Notes: generated by a model from the sequence alone, not told the origin. Counted from the stretch's first letter, positions 17,738 to 27,928 are shown. The stretch is DNA of 44,840 bases from an uncultured Lachnospiraceae bacterium (GCA_905235345.1 CAJOLO010000001.1:1-44840); one strand, 5' to 3'. Numbers and translations: made by a program.

Positions 17738-20700
17738 ATGAAGAAAATACATATCATTCATAACAGAATATGGAAAAGAGGACTTGCAGGGATACTTGCA
17801 CTTTCACTGTTCCTCTCATGTGTTCCGGAACTTGGTGCGGAAGCAACCACTGAGATAAGTGCTGATTCCGGCATGGCAGTTGAAGACGATGCAGCTTCGG
17901 AAGAAGCACCCGTAGAGGAAGCTTCACTTCTTCCAAACTATTCCGTAACACCCAATGCGGAGATTCCGGCCTATGAAGCCTACAAGGGTATGAGCGAATG
18001 GAATAACGGTACAGTAACAGATGCCATGCCTAACACATATTCCCTTACCATTGCCACCGGGGAGAGTGCCGGAGATTCGGTACTTTATTTTGTGGTGCGG
18101 TATAAGGATACACTTGGCAATACGAGGTCACAGTTTGTATTCCCCAATACAGATGGCGGAGCCAGAAGTGATTCCGTATTGAGATACAAGGCAGGAGATG
18201 CTCTTGACAAAGCCTATGGCTCAAGCAATATAGGAACCTACAAATATGCGGAGGATAGCAAGAAAGAGAGCCCTCTTGACTCATGGACGGTACAGGATTA
18301 CATATTTACTACGGAGTATACCATTGCGACCATTGAGAAGGTGGAGGTGTATCTTTCCACAGGAACTACAGGCACAAGCAGCATTCCGGATCAAGAGGAT
18401 AATACTCTAAGCTCTGATGGAGATAATGACAGTAAAGAGACAGTAAATGATTCCAACACGCAGTTTGTTACAAATGACAATCAGCCCAATAATAATGTTA
18501 TTAGTAAAATAGAAGTAAGTGATACCGATGGTGTCGTTAAGACGGATGAGGACACAGAGGGTGCCGTTAAGGTCATACCCGCGGATACTACACTTAGATT
18601 TTCAGCGAATAAAGGCGGTTCAGATAGTAATAGCAAGGTGAACACCAAGAAATCGGATGTTTACTATAGGTATGATGATGTCAATCAGGATTTTATTGAA
18701 GATGAAAATGGTTACTTTCAGTATGATGCTGAATGGAGGACATATAGATATTATAATAATCGTAATCATGTATACTTGTACTTTTACCCCGAAAAATATG
18801 AATTTATTACAGCGGAACAGGCTAAAGAGTTGTGGGAAAATGGTATAGAGCCGGATATTGATGAACCTAAAGAAGATGTGAAATATGCATTCGACGAGCT
18901 CCTTAAAACATTTTATCCTGATCCGGGGCAGGCGAGAGTATATTATTACAGCAAGTATGATAAAACATTTTGGTATACTGAAAATAGAACCCAATATTTT
19001 TATGATTTCAATAGTAAAGAATTTGTAGAATATGGTGATCTGAAAAACCCGAAAAGATATGGAGACTACAATCCTGAATTTAAGAAAAATACAAATTATT
19101 ATTATGATGTGTACTCCCGCACATTCAAAGAAGATGCTGAGGGCAAATTTGTGTATGATCCTGAAGTTGGTACCGTATATCACACAGAAAAAGAAGATGT
19201 ATATTATGATGTGCCAACCCGCAAATTTGTGGGAAAAGACAAATTGACGGAAATAGATACTTATCGCTATGATGATTATGACCAGAATTTTATTCCGGAT
19301 AGGAATGGTGATTTTCAATATGATTCCTTGTTGGAGACCTATTATATTAAAACAGACAAAAATATATTATTATACTATTATCCTGAGAGATGTGATTTTA
19401 TTACATGGAAACAATATTCTGATTGGAAGTCAAAAGGTAAAGAACCGGCTGCAGAACCTGATAAAAAGGGCAAATATTCCTTTTATAAGTTTCTTGAAAC
19501 ATTTTATGATGATCCTAAAGGGGAATATTCTTATGATGATAAGAGCAAAACATTTTATAAAACAAAGCGGGGTTATATTTACTCAGATTATGAATACTAT
19601 GATTTTGAATCTCGATCTTTTAGTCAGGGTATAGTTTTTGGGAGTGGTTCAGGAAATGATGAATTCAAGGCTCAGCATAGATATGGGGATTACAACCCCG
19701 GTTTTAATGAAACAGCCCATTATGTATTTGATGTATATAGTCGCAAATTTAAGGAATCTGATAATGGCAAATTTGTGTATGATCCCGATGTTGGTACCGT
19801 ATATCACACAGAAAAAGAAGATGTATATTATGATGTGCCAACCCGCAAATTTGTGGAAAAGGATAAATTATCGGAATATTATCGCTATGATGATTTCGAT
19901 CAGAACTTTATTTTTGATAATGGTGGTGATTTTCAATATGATTCCGAGCTGGAGACCTATTATATTGCAACAGGGGAAGGACTACTAGATACATTATTGT
20001 ATTTTTATCCGGAGAAATATGAATTCGTAACAAAGGTACAATACAAGGAATGGAAGAATAACGGTGTGACGCCGGATACAGAACCTAAGGCGTGGGTAGA
20101 TGAGGAAACAAAAAATGCGATAAAATATTCTTATAATGAGGCAACCCATACATTTTATACATTTTATACAGGAAATGAGGCATATGAATATTCTGATGAC
20201 AAGAACACATTTATATCTTCTACAGATAAAAAGTATTTTGATTTTAATAAGCGGAAGTTTGTTAATGAGGAAGAATTAACCGAGCAGATAAGGTACAGGA
20301 AGAAACCAAAGCCTGAATATAAGGAAGACGCCAATTACTACTTTGATGTATGTACTCGTACCTTCAAGGAGGATGCGAAAGGCAAATTCGTATATGATCC
20401 GGAGCTTGGAACGGTATATCACACTGTCAAAAATGTGTATTATGACATCAATACGGATAAATTTGTTCCAAAGGAGCAGTTGACCGACCAGAACAGCTAC
20501 TCAGATGAAGAGAAAGGCACGAGCTACTATACAGACAATGTGGTGTCTGAGGATAAGCTGTCCCATAAGAAGGATGTCACTGCTAACACCAAAGGCATAA
20601 TAGGTACCAATACCAAAACATCTTCCAAGGGAAGCTGGACCATACAGGGACTTTCTGTTTATAAGATAAATAAATACAAGAGATACGAGGAGTACGGTTT

Positions 20701-23700
20701 GGTTTCCGGACAGAAGTTCCTTGACTTTGAAGGTTATAAGGTTGCGGATGTAAAGAAGAGGAACGGTGGAGCCCTTACCTTCTCCACATCCGGAGTGGAT
20801 ACCATCATAACCATCGGCGGAGCGGAGGACAGTAACTACTGTGACATCGTGAATTATGCCGAGAATGAAGTCAAGAGGGAATTTGCCTCTGATTCCTCAC
20901 TCTATTCTATAAGAATGGATATGGCAGACCAGTTGAATGCGGGAATTGAAGCATTTATGAACGCAGACGGAACGAAGCTTAGCGGTGATAACGGTATCGT
21001 TGAGGATATCGCGATGGAGTTACAGTATAAGGATATACACGGATGGACCAGAAAGGTCACGCTCCCATTTATAATGAGCAGTTATATGGAAGCTTCCAAT
21101 GCATGCGGAGATAATACCATATTAGGCTTTGCGGGACGCGGCGATACGGTGGCGATGCAGGGACTGCTGCCTGAATTTGCCAGTCTTGCTACTTCCCCCA
21201 AGATCTATGTGGGCAATACTGCAAGAACCAAGGTAAGTGAGAAGGGAATAAATGTAAGCAGCCCCACGACTAAGATGAATACGGCAATCACCGCCACGGC
21301 GTCAGACGATATAAGTCTTGCGGGCGTATCCATGTATAAGGGCGGATGTATGCCTTATGTGATGGGAGGTACGGATTCTGACGGGCAGGCGCTTGTGGGC
21401 GCGACCCTACAGTATGTGTTCGAGAATGCGGATCCCATACAGTACTATACCACGACCAACACTAAGGGAAGGCTGGTGAAGGCGAACGGTAACGATACCA
21501 TCAAGCTGGTGGCGTATAAGAGCGGTTCACCGCTGATAGCGTCAGGGTTTGGCAGGGACAGATATATGGTGACCCTTAAGACCGGTGATAAGGGCAGGTC
21601 GGGGACGAAGGACGATATTTCCCTTATGTTCTATTACGAGAAGCAGGATGGAACGAAGGGAACTACCATCTCCTACAGGGTTAAGAAGGCTGCCAATGAC
21701 TTTCTGGGCACATGGCCCACCAAGGCCGGAGAAAACTACATAGAAACATCCGGACTTTCAGATGGCGGGGATATATCATTTCTCATAGAGGCACCGGATC
21801 TGAAATCATTCACCGGAGTGGATATATCATTACTTGGGGATGACGAGTGGCTGATGGATAACCTTATCATCTCGCTGGTGGATGATGTCTCGTTAAGGCG
21901 GGCATACATAAGGGATAAGAACGACACCAATTACTGGGTAGAGCGGCAGATGACCATAGCGCCCATCTTCAGCCTGAAGGGATTGGATGCCTATGTGCAG
22001 GATAATGACGGCAATGTCTTAGATGAAGACGGCAGGCGGGTCGAGAAGAAGAAGGTGCAGAAATATGATGATGACGGCAATCCGCTCTATGACGATAACG
22101 GGGAGCCAATCTATGAGGAAGTGGAGGACGACAGCTATTATACCCAGACAAGAACAATGAGTGAACAGTTCTTTACCGGTGGACAGTCCATCAATATATC
22201 GTTTAACACCCGTACCATCAATGACGTGAGGGATACGGATTACGCTTCGGTGCGCTACCGCATGACATACGACCAGACGGGAGTTGACTGGGGTTTTGCC
22301 AAGAAGAAGCTGACTTATGATGTGTCGGTGAAGGTTGCGGAGGATCCTGAATATGACTTGGGTAACGGCGATTCCGGTTCTACCAACTACTTCTACTTCC
22401 AGCTTATATTCAAGAACGGCAACAGCGGATATGTGCTTGCCAACCAGCAGATCAGCTCTGACGGTTTCCGTTCCGGCAAAACGGAGATATTCTCCATAGC
22501 GGTGAACAGGGATTACGGAGATCTTACGGGAGTACGCATCATACCGGAGGATATATCTTCAGATGCGGATCCGTTTGATAAGCTGAATATTGACACAATA
22601 ACGGTGACACAGCAGACCAACGGCGGAGCTGCCATGATGTATGTGATCGGACAGGTAGGATGGATTGACATCGATTACAGGGATGAGAGTGAGAAGGCAA
22701 GCTTCAGAGGACAGCAGGCGAGAACGGCCGGAGAGATTGCAAAGCTCTGCAAGGTAACGGACAGAAAGCGTGTCTATAACATGCTCTGCGAGTTCACCAA
22801 TCTGCCATGGGATAACGATTATTACCAGTTAGAGGGCTCGGTAATGGCAACGGTATCTTATATGAGTTCGGCCACCAATAAGGTGGAGACTATGGAATTC
22901 GATGTGGTGCAAAGGCTTGCGTCATATATGAACAAGACAGCCAAATCCTTTGATGCGGCGACCAATCCGGATGAGGTGCGGGTAGCGTCCTCTCAGATGA
23001 AGACTATATCAGATCCGGAGTGGATGTTCAGACCGAACACCACAGACCGGTTTATCATGCCGCCGATTGCGGATATACAGTCATTAAAGAGTATCGTGTT
23101 CACGGCGCAGTCAAGGAACGGCTATCCTGCCACATGGAACATAGGTAAGGTATGCATATCCGAGATCGAAGAAAACGGCGGATTACAGTTAAATGCGAAT
23201 GAAGAGTATTACAGGAGCATGAAGACCAAGAGTCTGTGTGCCAGCGACGGGGAGACGGTAACAGTCAATGTCAACATAGGTACGCCATCTGCCTCCAAGG
23301 AGATCAAATTCAATGATAATACCATAACATGGTCTTCGGAAGGATGGGCGACGCCTGTAAGCAGAATGCCGGATTCATCTGATGACAAGGTGAATATATT
23401 CGTATATCCGTCAGCTTCAACGAAGAATATAGAGGGCAGCAAGGTGAACATGTTCTTCCAGTATGCCATACCGTTCTCACAGTATATGCAAAAGACCGAG
23501 GTATTAGAGCCGGCCAACAGCGGAACTAATGATGCAGTGTTCTATATACTGGGAATGAGCGTGAAGGATTTCGTAAGTGCCTCGACACTTGGAATACAGT
23601 GCTCCAACTCAAGACTTTTGTTCAGTCATGCCGTTGTGCAGCACGTCAGGGATGATGTGGTCATGAATACATTTACCTATCTGTTTACGGGAGAGCCGTC

Positions 23701-25357
23701 AGCGGTGATCACGCTAAGGACAGAGCCGGGCACGAGCAATGTGTATATGGATAATACGGAGGAGACGGTGGCATTCTCGTTCGGCGCCAATACGGCGGAA
23801 CAGCTTCTTACGAATGAGTATGATGATGTGGCGGTAGCGTTCCACTACAGGTCAACGATAGACGGCGGAAGAATGGAATATCGTTCCCCTTATGTATATC
23901 TGACTGACCAGGGCGTGAGTGCTATATCTGAAGGACTGTTTGTTGAGCTTGACTTCAAAGTGCCATATGTATCGGAGATAACGGGATACTCAATCGCCGG
24001 ATACGGCAACATAAAGGGTAATGTGGATGCGGCTGCCGGAATCGTATATCATGTGGATAAGGCAGAACTTAATCCGGAGTCTGCAATATATGAGACTGTG
24101 GAACGCTCCAGGAGGAGTTACGCATCCTTTGCGGATTCCTATAAACTGACGGATGCCATTACGAAATACAAGAGGACCAATGACAAATGCTACGGTGATG
24201 ATGCGGTGGCTCCGGTTGCGGTGACATTTACTACGGCAGAGGCTTCCAATGTGCTGGACAGCGGTACGGAGTCAAAGGTTCAGATGACATTTAACTACAC
24301 CAATTACAAGGGTGTGAAGATGACGAAGGAATTCGTGGATGCTACGCCGTATATCCAGGGAGATACGAAGAAGTTCGTGGCAAATGAAGATGCAACGGTG
24401 AAGTTCTTCATCAAGGAGCTGGATAAAGACTTGTCGCTTACATCGGTGGATATCATACCTTATAACGGCAAGAAAGTTACGACAACAGATATCAATGTGG
24501 CCTCGGATGAGGCTGTGAAGAGTCAGAATACGGGGGATGATACGCAGGCGTATACGAATAATACGGACAGCAGTAATACAACTAATACTGCGAATGGCGG
24601 TACTAATTCGGATAACCTTCAGACCACCGATAATACCGATACTGCGGTCAGCAGCATGACCGAGACGGATGAAGTGAATCTGCTTACCCAGACACTTGAG
24701 AGCATGAATGCAAGCTGGACTATATCAGGTGTTGTATGTGATATCGCATGGGGTGAGAAGATCAAGCAAAGACCGATAACCCAGCAGTTCTTAGGACTTG
24801 AGAAGGGCGGAACACTTAGATTTAATGATATAACAATGACGATTGATATCATGAGGTCTAATGGTGCCGTAACGCAGGTTAAGGATGGAATGGCACTTGT
24901 TACAGTGAAGCCGGGTGAAAGTCTGTCGGCGGTTATCAAGATAGCAGGATCAACAGGTGGCTATTCGGCTCATGCCTATAAGATGTTCGGTGAGGCAGGA
25001 GATGAGGTTCCGACAACGATTTCTAAAATTACAACGATCGGCTTCACATTCAATGCGCCGACCAATATAAGCGGTGGGGCAGAGGAGTATAAGATCGAGA
25101 TATCACCGATTGACGCACCGGATATAGTATACACCATAAGAGTCTGGGTACAGAGCGACCAGGTGACTACGGAAGCCACAACTGAGGCAACGACCGAACA
25201 GGCGACAGAGAAGGCAACCGAGGAGAAGACAACAGAAGCAACGACAGAAGCGACAACAGAAGCCGCGACTGAAGCAACGACGGAAACCACAACAGAAACG
25301 ACAACAGAAGTGACTACAGAAGCCACGGCTGAGGCTGCAACTGAGACGACACCCTAA
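17738..25357 (+). CDS. Giant secreted protein (about 2539 aa) with Tyr/Asp-rich 200-aa repeats, PLAT/LH2-like beta-sandwich modules and a Thr/Glu/Ala tail
   Basis: ORF track 17711. GGGGGAA at 17724-17730 favours ATG 17738. Signal peptide ending ELGAEA. Continuous 7.6 kb ORF. No LPXTG. Confidence 0.8.
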   Translation: MKKIHIIHNRIWKRGLAGILALSLFLSCVPELGAEATTEISADSGMAVEDDAASEEAPVEEASLLPNYSVTPNAEIPAYEAYKGMSEWNNGTVTDAMPNTYSLTIATGESAGDSVLYFVVRYKDTLGNTRSQFVFPNTDGGARSDSVLRYKAGDALDKAYGSSNIGTYKYAEDSKKESPLDSWTVQDYIFTTEYTIATIEKVEVYLSTGTTGTSSIPDQEDNTLSSDGDNDSKETVNDSNTQFVTNDNQPNNNVISKIEVSDTDGVVKTDEDTEGAVKVIPADTTLRFSANKGGSDSNSKVNTKKSDVYYRYDDVNQDFIEDENGYFQYDAEWRTYRYYNNRNHVYLYFYPEKYEFITAEQAKELWENGIEPDIDEPKEDVKYAFDELLKTFYPDPGQARVYYYSKYDKTFWYTENRTQYFYDFNSKEFVEYGDLKNPKRYGDYNPEFKKNTNYYYDVYSRTFKEDAEGKFVYDPEVGTVYHTEKEDVYYDVPTRKFVGKDKLTEIDTYRYDDYDQNFIPDRNGDFQYDSLLETYYIKTDKNILLYYYPERCDFITWKQYSDWKSKGKEPAAEPDKKGKYSFYKFLETFYDDPKGEYSYDDKSKTFYKTKRGYIYSDYEYYDFESRSFSQGIVFGSGSGNDEFKAQHRYGDYNPGFNETAHYVFDVYSRKFKESDNGKFVYDPDVGTVYHTEKEDVYYDVPTRKFVEKDKLSEYYRYDDFDQNFIFDNGGDFQYDSELETYYIATGEGLLDTLLYFYPEKYEFVTKVQYKEWKNNGVTPDTEPKAWVDEETKNAIKYSYNEATHTFYTFYTGNEAYEYSDDKNTFISSTDKKYFDFNKRKFVNEEELTEQIRYRKKPKPEYKEDANYYFDVCTRTFKEDAKGKFVYDPELGTVYHTVKNVYYDINTDKFVPKEQLTDQNSYSDEEKGTSYYTDNVVSEDKLSHKKDVTANTKGIIGTNTKTSSKGSWTIQGLSVYKINKYKRYEEYGLVSGQKFLDFEGYKVADVKKRNGGALTFSTSGVDTIITIGGAEDSNYCDIVNYAENEVKREFASDSSLYSIRMDMADQLNAGIEAFMNADGTKLSGDNGIVEDIAMELQYKDIHGWTRKVTLPFIMSSYMEASNACGDNTILGFAGRGDTVAMQGLLPEFASLATSPKIYVGNTARTKVSEKGINVSSPTTKMNTAITATASDDISLAGVSMYKGGCMPYVMGGTDSDGQALVGATLQYVFENADPIQYYTTTNTKGRLVKANGNDTIKLVAYKSGSPLIASGFGRDRYMVTLKTGDKGRSGTKDDISLMFYYEKQDGTKGTTISYRVKKAANDFLGTWPTKAGENYIETSGLSDGGDISFLIEAPDLKSFTGVDISLLGDDEWLMDNLIISLVDDVSLRRAYIRDKNDTNYWVERQMTIAPIFSLKGLDAYVQDNDGNVLDEDGRRVEKKKVQKYDDDGNPLYDDNGEPIYEEVEDDSYYTQTRTMSEQFFTGGQSINISFNTRTINDVRDTDYASVRYRMTYDQTGVDWGFAKKKLTYDVSVKVAEDPEYDLGNGDSGSTNYFYFQLIFKNGNSGYVLANQQISSDGFRSGKTEIFSIAVNRDYGDLTGVRIIPEDISSDADPFDKLNIDTITVTQQTNGGAAMMYVIGQVGWIDIDYRDESEKASFRGQQARTAGEIAKLCKVTDRKRVYNMLCEFTNLPWDNDYYQLEGSVMATVSYMSSATNKVETMEFDVVQRLASYMNKTAKSFDAATNPDEVRVASSQMKTISDPEWMFRPNTTDRFIMPPIADIQSLKSIVFTAQSRNGYPATWNIGKVCISEIEENGGLQLNANEEYYRSMKTKSLCASDGETVTVNVNIGTPSASKEIKFNDNTITWSSEGWATPVSRMPDSSDDKVNIFVYPSASTKNIEGSKVNMFFQYAIPFSQYMQKTEVLEPANSGTNDAVFYILGMSVKDFVSASTLGIQCSNSRLLFSHAVVQHVRDDVVMNTFTYLFTGEPSAVITLRTEPGTSNVYMDNTEETVAFSFGANTAEQLLTNEYDDVAVAFHYRSTIDGGRMEYRSPYVYLTDQGVSAISEGLFVELDFKVPYVSEITGYSIAGYGNIKGNVDAAAGIVYHVDKAELNPESAIYETVERSRRSYASFADSYKLTDAITKYKRTNDKCYGDDAVAPVAVTFTTAEASNVLDSGTESKVQMTFNYTNYKGVKMTKEFVDATPYIQGDTKKFVANEDATVKFFIKELDKDLSLTSVDIIPYNGKKVTTTDINVASDEAVKSQNTGDDTQAYTNNTDSSNTTNTANGGTNSDNLQTTDNTDTAVSSMTETDEVNLLTQTLESMNASWTISGVVCDIAWGEKIKQRPITQQFLGLEKGGTLRFNDITMTIDIMRSNGAVTQVKDGMALVTVKPGESLSAVIKIAGSTGGYSAHAYKMFGEAGDEVPTTISKITTIGFTFNAPTNISGGAEEYKIEISPIDAPDIVYTIRVWVQSDQVTTEATTEATTEQATEKATEEKTTEATTEATTEAATEATTETTTETTTEVTTEATAEAATETTP
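18653..20491 (+). repeat. Three tandem units of about 600-620 bp (about 200 aa) inside the giant gene, in a visibly AT-rich block
   Basis: The YRYDD..QNF unit starts recur at 18662, 19259 and 19877. The 91-bp blocks 19142-19232 and 19766-19856 differ at only 2 positions. Confidence 0.9.
25166..25354 (+). repeat. Low-complexity TTEA-type repeats (TTEATTEATTEQATEK...) forming the C-terminus of the giant protein
   Basis: Read directly from the sequence and its translation. Confidence 0.9.
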
Positions 25358-25446
25358 GATATAGTGGAAACTGATTGTGCAACTTATGCGACACTATAAT
25401 TTAATGACAATGGGGAATACTATACAGGATTTAGGAGAAATATGAC

Positions 25447-26667
25447 ATGAATAAAAAGAAAATACTGATTGCAGGCATTGCAGTATTACTGTTTGCGGTG
25501 TTATTAGCAGTCATCATAATCAATGTTAATAAAGGAAAGGTGAAGCTTTTCACTGATTCTAATTATCCATGCATGTATAAGAGCAGGGATAATAATGTGG
25601 TATTTCAACTGAATGATAAGAATAATTATGATATCCCTTGGCAGATAGAGGAAGATGGTGGAATTGTGGATGCATCTGTTAAGAATGACGGCAAGGGCAG
25701 GAAGGCAGTATATACTTTATCTGCTAAGGCTCCGGGGATGACGGAGCTTAGGCTTTATAAGACTAAAGAGCTGTTAGGCTTTGAGGTTGAGATAGTTTCT
25801 GTAAGGATTCCTGTCAACATATCGGAGAATGAGACAGGAATGGTGTTAAATGTTTTCGGATCACCCACACTTACTGACAATGGCGGAGCTGTTGGAGGCA
25901 GGAATACCGACAATCCATATATTCTGCTTAACAATGGTGACGGCACTGCAAAGGTCGTATTTGTTAAGGGACAGAATGACTGGATGGTATCTGACAGCAG
26001 TAATATGGCAAGCATTGAATGGAATATAGCAGATGACAGCTATGATTTATGTCAGATTTCAGAGAATCCTGATTATGACCCTGATGCAGAGGTTACTACA
26101 GAAATAACTACAGAATATATTGAACCTGAGAATTCAGGGGATGAAGAAGATATGATTGATCCGGAAAGTGTTACTGAAGATAATTCCGAAAGCTCCTCTT
26201 CTAAAGGTTCAAGCGAGAAGCCTTCTAAGACAGCTAAGGATATCGGGAATATGACTATCTCAGATGAGGATTATGAGAATGGAAGTATTGATTTGTCTGA
26301 ATATGCAGTAGATGGAGAGATACCTGAGGATGTCCTTAAGGCGCTTGACGAGAAGCTTGCAGAGAAAGCTAAGGAGATGGGTGACGATTCCGGTTATTCG
26401 TCAGACAGCGAATCTGACAGTGAGTTGTCTGATACAGAGGATGGTGAGGCATCGGAGGATGGGCTTACAATAAATCCCGAGACGGGAGTAGTTATCATCA
26501 ATGAAGAAGATTTGATGAATATGCGTGCAGAGAAGATCACAGTTGTCAAGGAGACAATATTAACTGTTTCCTCTGAGCAGTATAATACTGTAGAATATAT
26601 CAAGGTATCATTTATGTCTGATGGCAATATTATGCTTTCCATCAGCAAAAAGGGGCCTAAGAAATAA
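25447..26667 (+). CDS. Bitopic membrane protein of 406 aa with an N-terminal TM anchor, an extracytoplasmic domain, an acidic Ser/Asp/Glu linker and a small C-terminal domain
   Basis: AGGAG RBS at 25433-25437. KKILIAGIAVLLFAVLLAVIIINV anchor. No family recognised. Confidence 0.65.
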   Translation: MNKKKILIAGIAVLLFAVLLAVIIINVNKGKVKLFTDSNYPCMYKSRDNNVVFQLNDKNNYDIPWQIEEDGGIVDASVKNDGKGRKAVYTLSAKAPGMTELRLYKTKELLGFEVEIVSVRIPVNISENETGMVLNVFGSPTLTDNGGAVGGRNTDNPYILLNNGDGTAKVVFVKGQNDWMVSDSSNMASIEWNIADDSYDLCQISENPDYDPDAEVTTEITTEYIEPENSGDEEDMIDPESVTEDNSESSSSKGSSEKPSKTAKDIGNMTISDEDYENGSIDLSEYAVDGEIPEDVLKALDEKLAEKAKEMGDDSGYSSDSESDSELSDTEDGEASEDGLTINPETGVVIINEEDLMNMRAEKITVVKETILTVSSEQYNTVEYIKVSFMSDGNIMLSISKKGPKK

Positions 26668-26678
26668 TTTGGAAGGTG

Positions 26679-27812
26679 ATGTTAGTGTTATCAAAGAAGG
26701 ACAAGACTGATCAGCTTCTTATGGAATCCAGAAAGCTGCTGCTTAATCAGGTGGAAGTGGGAAGTGACGGCAGGCTGATCGCAGTGGATGAGATAAGGAC
26801 ATTCAGATATGGTGCTGCAGAGGGCGAGCATAAGGTGAGGATTTCCGGTATAACCACCAGGGATTTCTTCTACCGAACCAAATACAACCGAACCAAGGCC
26901 GTATATCAGGCGTCTGAGGCTATGAAGGATATAGGCAGGCGTGCCAGTCTTAAGTGCATGAATGATGCGGCAGCCTGTATAATCAAATCACCGATATTTT
27001 ATCCGGTGGTAATCGTGTTTTATGAGAATAGAGACGGACGAATGCAGCTTTCTGCATTTACTGCGAGAGCGTTCTCATCCCTTTTTGCCATCAATTCAGC
27101 GCTTAAGAGGTTTGACAGGGAACTGCCTGATACAATGGTGAGAAAGGTTTCCATACACAGCGTACATGATGTGAATATGGCTGTTATTCACAGTCTCAAG
27201 GGTCTCGTCAAAAAAGATAGCGATAATGAAGACGGAGACTATGTTGATCTGAAGAAGATGTTTAAGGCAGAAAGAAGAAACAGAAAGGTTTCCGGTGCCG
27301 GCGGCAGAGGGGGAAGAGGAAGGAAAAAGAGTGAAGAATCGGTTCGCACAGGGAATTATCATATTGGGGATGATAAGGAATTACTGGATCAGAGAAGTCT
27401 ATATAATGGCGAATCAGAGAGTTTAAGTTCAGAGCCTGAAGGATTAGAGCAGGAAGACTCAGGGATAAATAGCGATAGAAGTTATGAAAGCCGCGAGGAA
27501 AGGAAAGCCAGAAAGAAGGCTGAGCGATTAGAAAAAAAGCGGGAAGCTGCCAGAAGAAAGTACGAGAAGCTCTTGGAAGAAGCTCCGGCAAAGACACCGG
27601 GGGGCGAAGATTTGATTAATACATCGGTGGATGAGGGATATTCTGAGGAAGAGGATGAAGATATAATGAGAGAATTTACCGGAATGAGCACAGATGAGTT
27701 GGATGCTTATGACGATAATGAAACCGATGAAGATATAATGAGAGAATTTACCGGAATGAGCACGGATGAGATGAATGCTTACGGTGATTATGGAACTAAT
27801 GAAGATAATTGA
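26679..27812 (+). CDS. Cytoplasmic protein of unknown function (about 377 aa) with a globular N-terminal domain, a basic RGGRGRKK segment and an acidic tail carrying a 2x 24-aa repeat
   Basis: ORF track 26676 (GTG). GGAAGG lies at 26671-26676. The start could be 26679 or 26685. No signal peptide. Confidence 0.6.
   Translation: MLVLSKKDKTDQLLMESRKLLLNQVEVGSDGRLIAVDEIRTFRYGAAEGEHKVRISGITTRDFFYRTKYNRTKAVYQASEAMKDIGRRASLKCMNDAAACIIKSPIFYPVVIVFYENRDGRMQLSAFTARAFSSLFAINSALKRFDRELPDTMVRKVSIHSVHDVNMAVIHSLKGLVKKDSDNEDGDYVDLKKMFKAERRNRKVSGAGGRGGRGRKKSEESVRTGNYHIGDDKELLDQRSLYNGESESLSSEPEGLEQEDSGINSDRSYESREERKARKKAERLEKKREAARRKYEKLLEEAPAKTPGGEDLINTSVDEGYSEEEDEDIMREFTGMSTDELDAYDDNETDEDIMREFTGMSTDEMNAYGDYGTNEDN
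27657..27800 (+). repeat. 2 tandem copies of a 72-bp (24-aa) unit, EDIMREFTGMSTDE(L/M)(D/N)AY...
   Basis: Unit starts at 27657 and 27729 were read directly from the sequence. Confidence 0.9.
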
Positions 27813-27928
27813 AGCCTGTGGGAATAGTAGAATGAGAAGTGGATGAAGCACATTGGCTTTAAAATGGATAGTTCACTGTGACATAACCTGTGGTAGTTAT
27901 TAAAGAGATTGGTACAAGGAGGAAAAGC

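Noticed and set aside
6061-25357. Sortase (LPXTG) anchoring of the surface proteins at 6061 and 17738
   Set aside because: No LPXTG-like pentapeptide precedes the C-terminal helix plus basic tail of the 350-aa protein. The giant protein ends in a hydrophilic TTEA tail without a hydrophobic segment.
25375-25407. A possible fifth, degenerate copy of the promoter motif upstream of 25447 (TTGTGCAACTTATGCGACACTATAATTTAATGA)
   Set aside because: The heptamers (GTGCAAC / GCGACAC or ATGCGAC) match poorly, and the 7-4-7-9-hexamer geometry cannot be reproduced without shifting register. A plain TATAAT at 25395-25400 may be an ordinary internal promoter.
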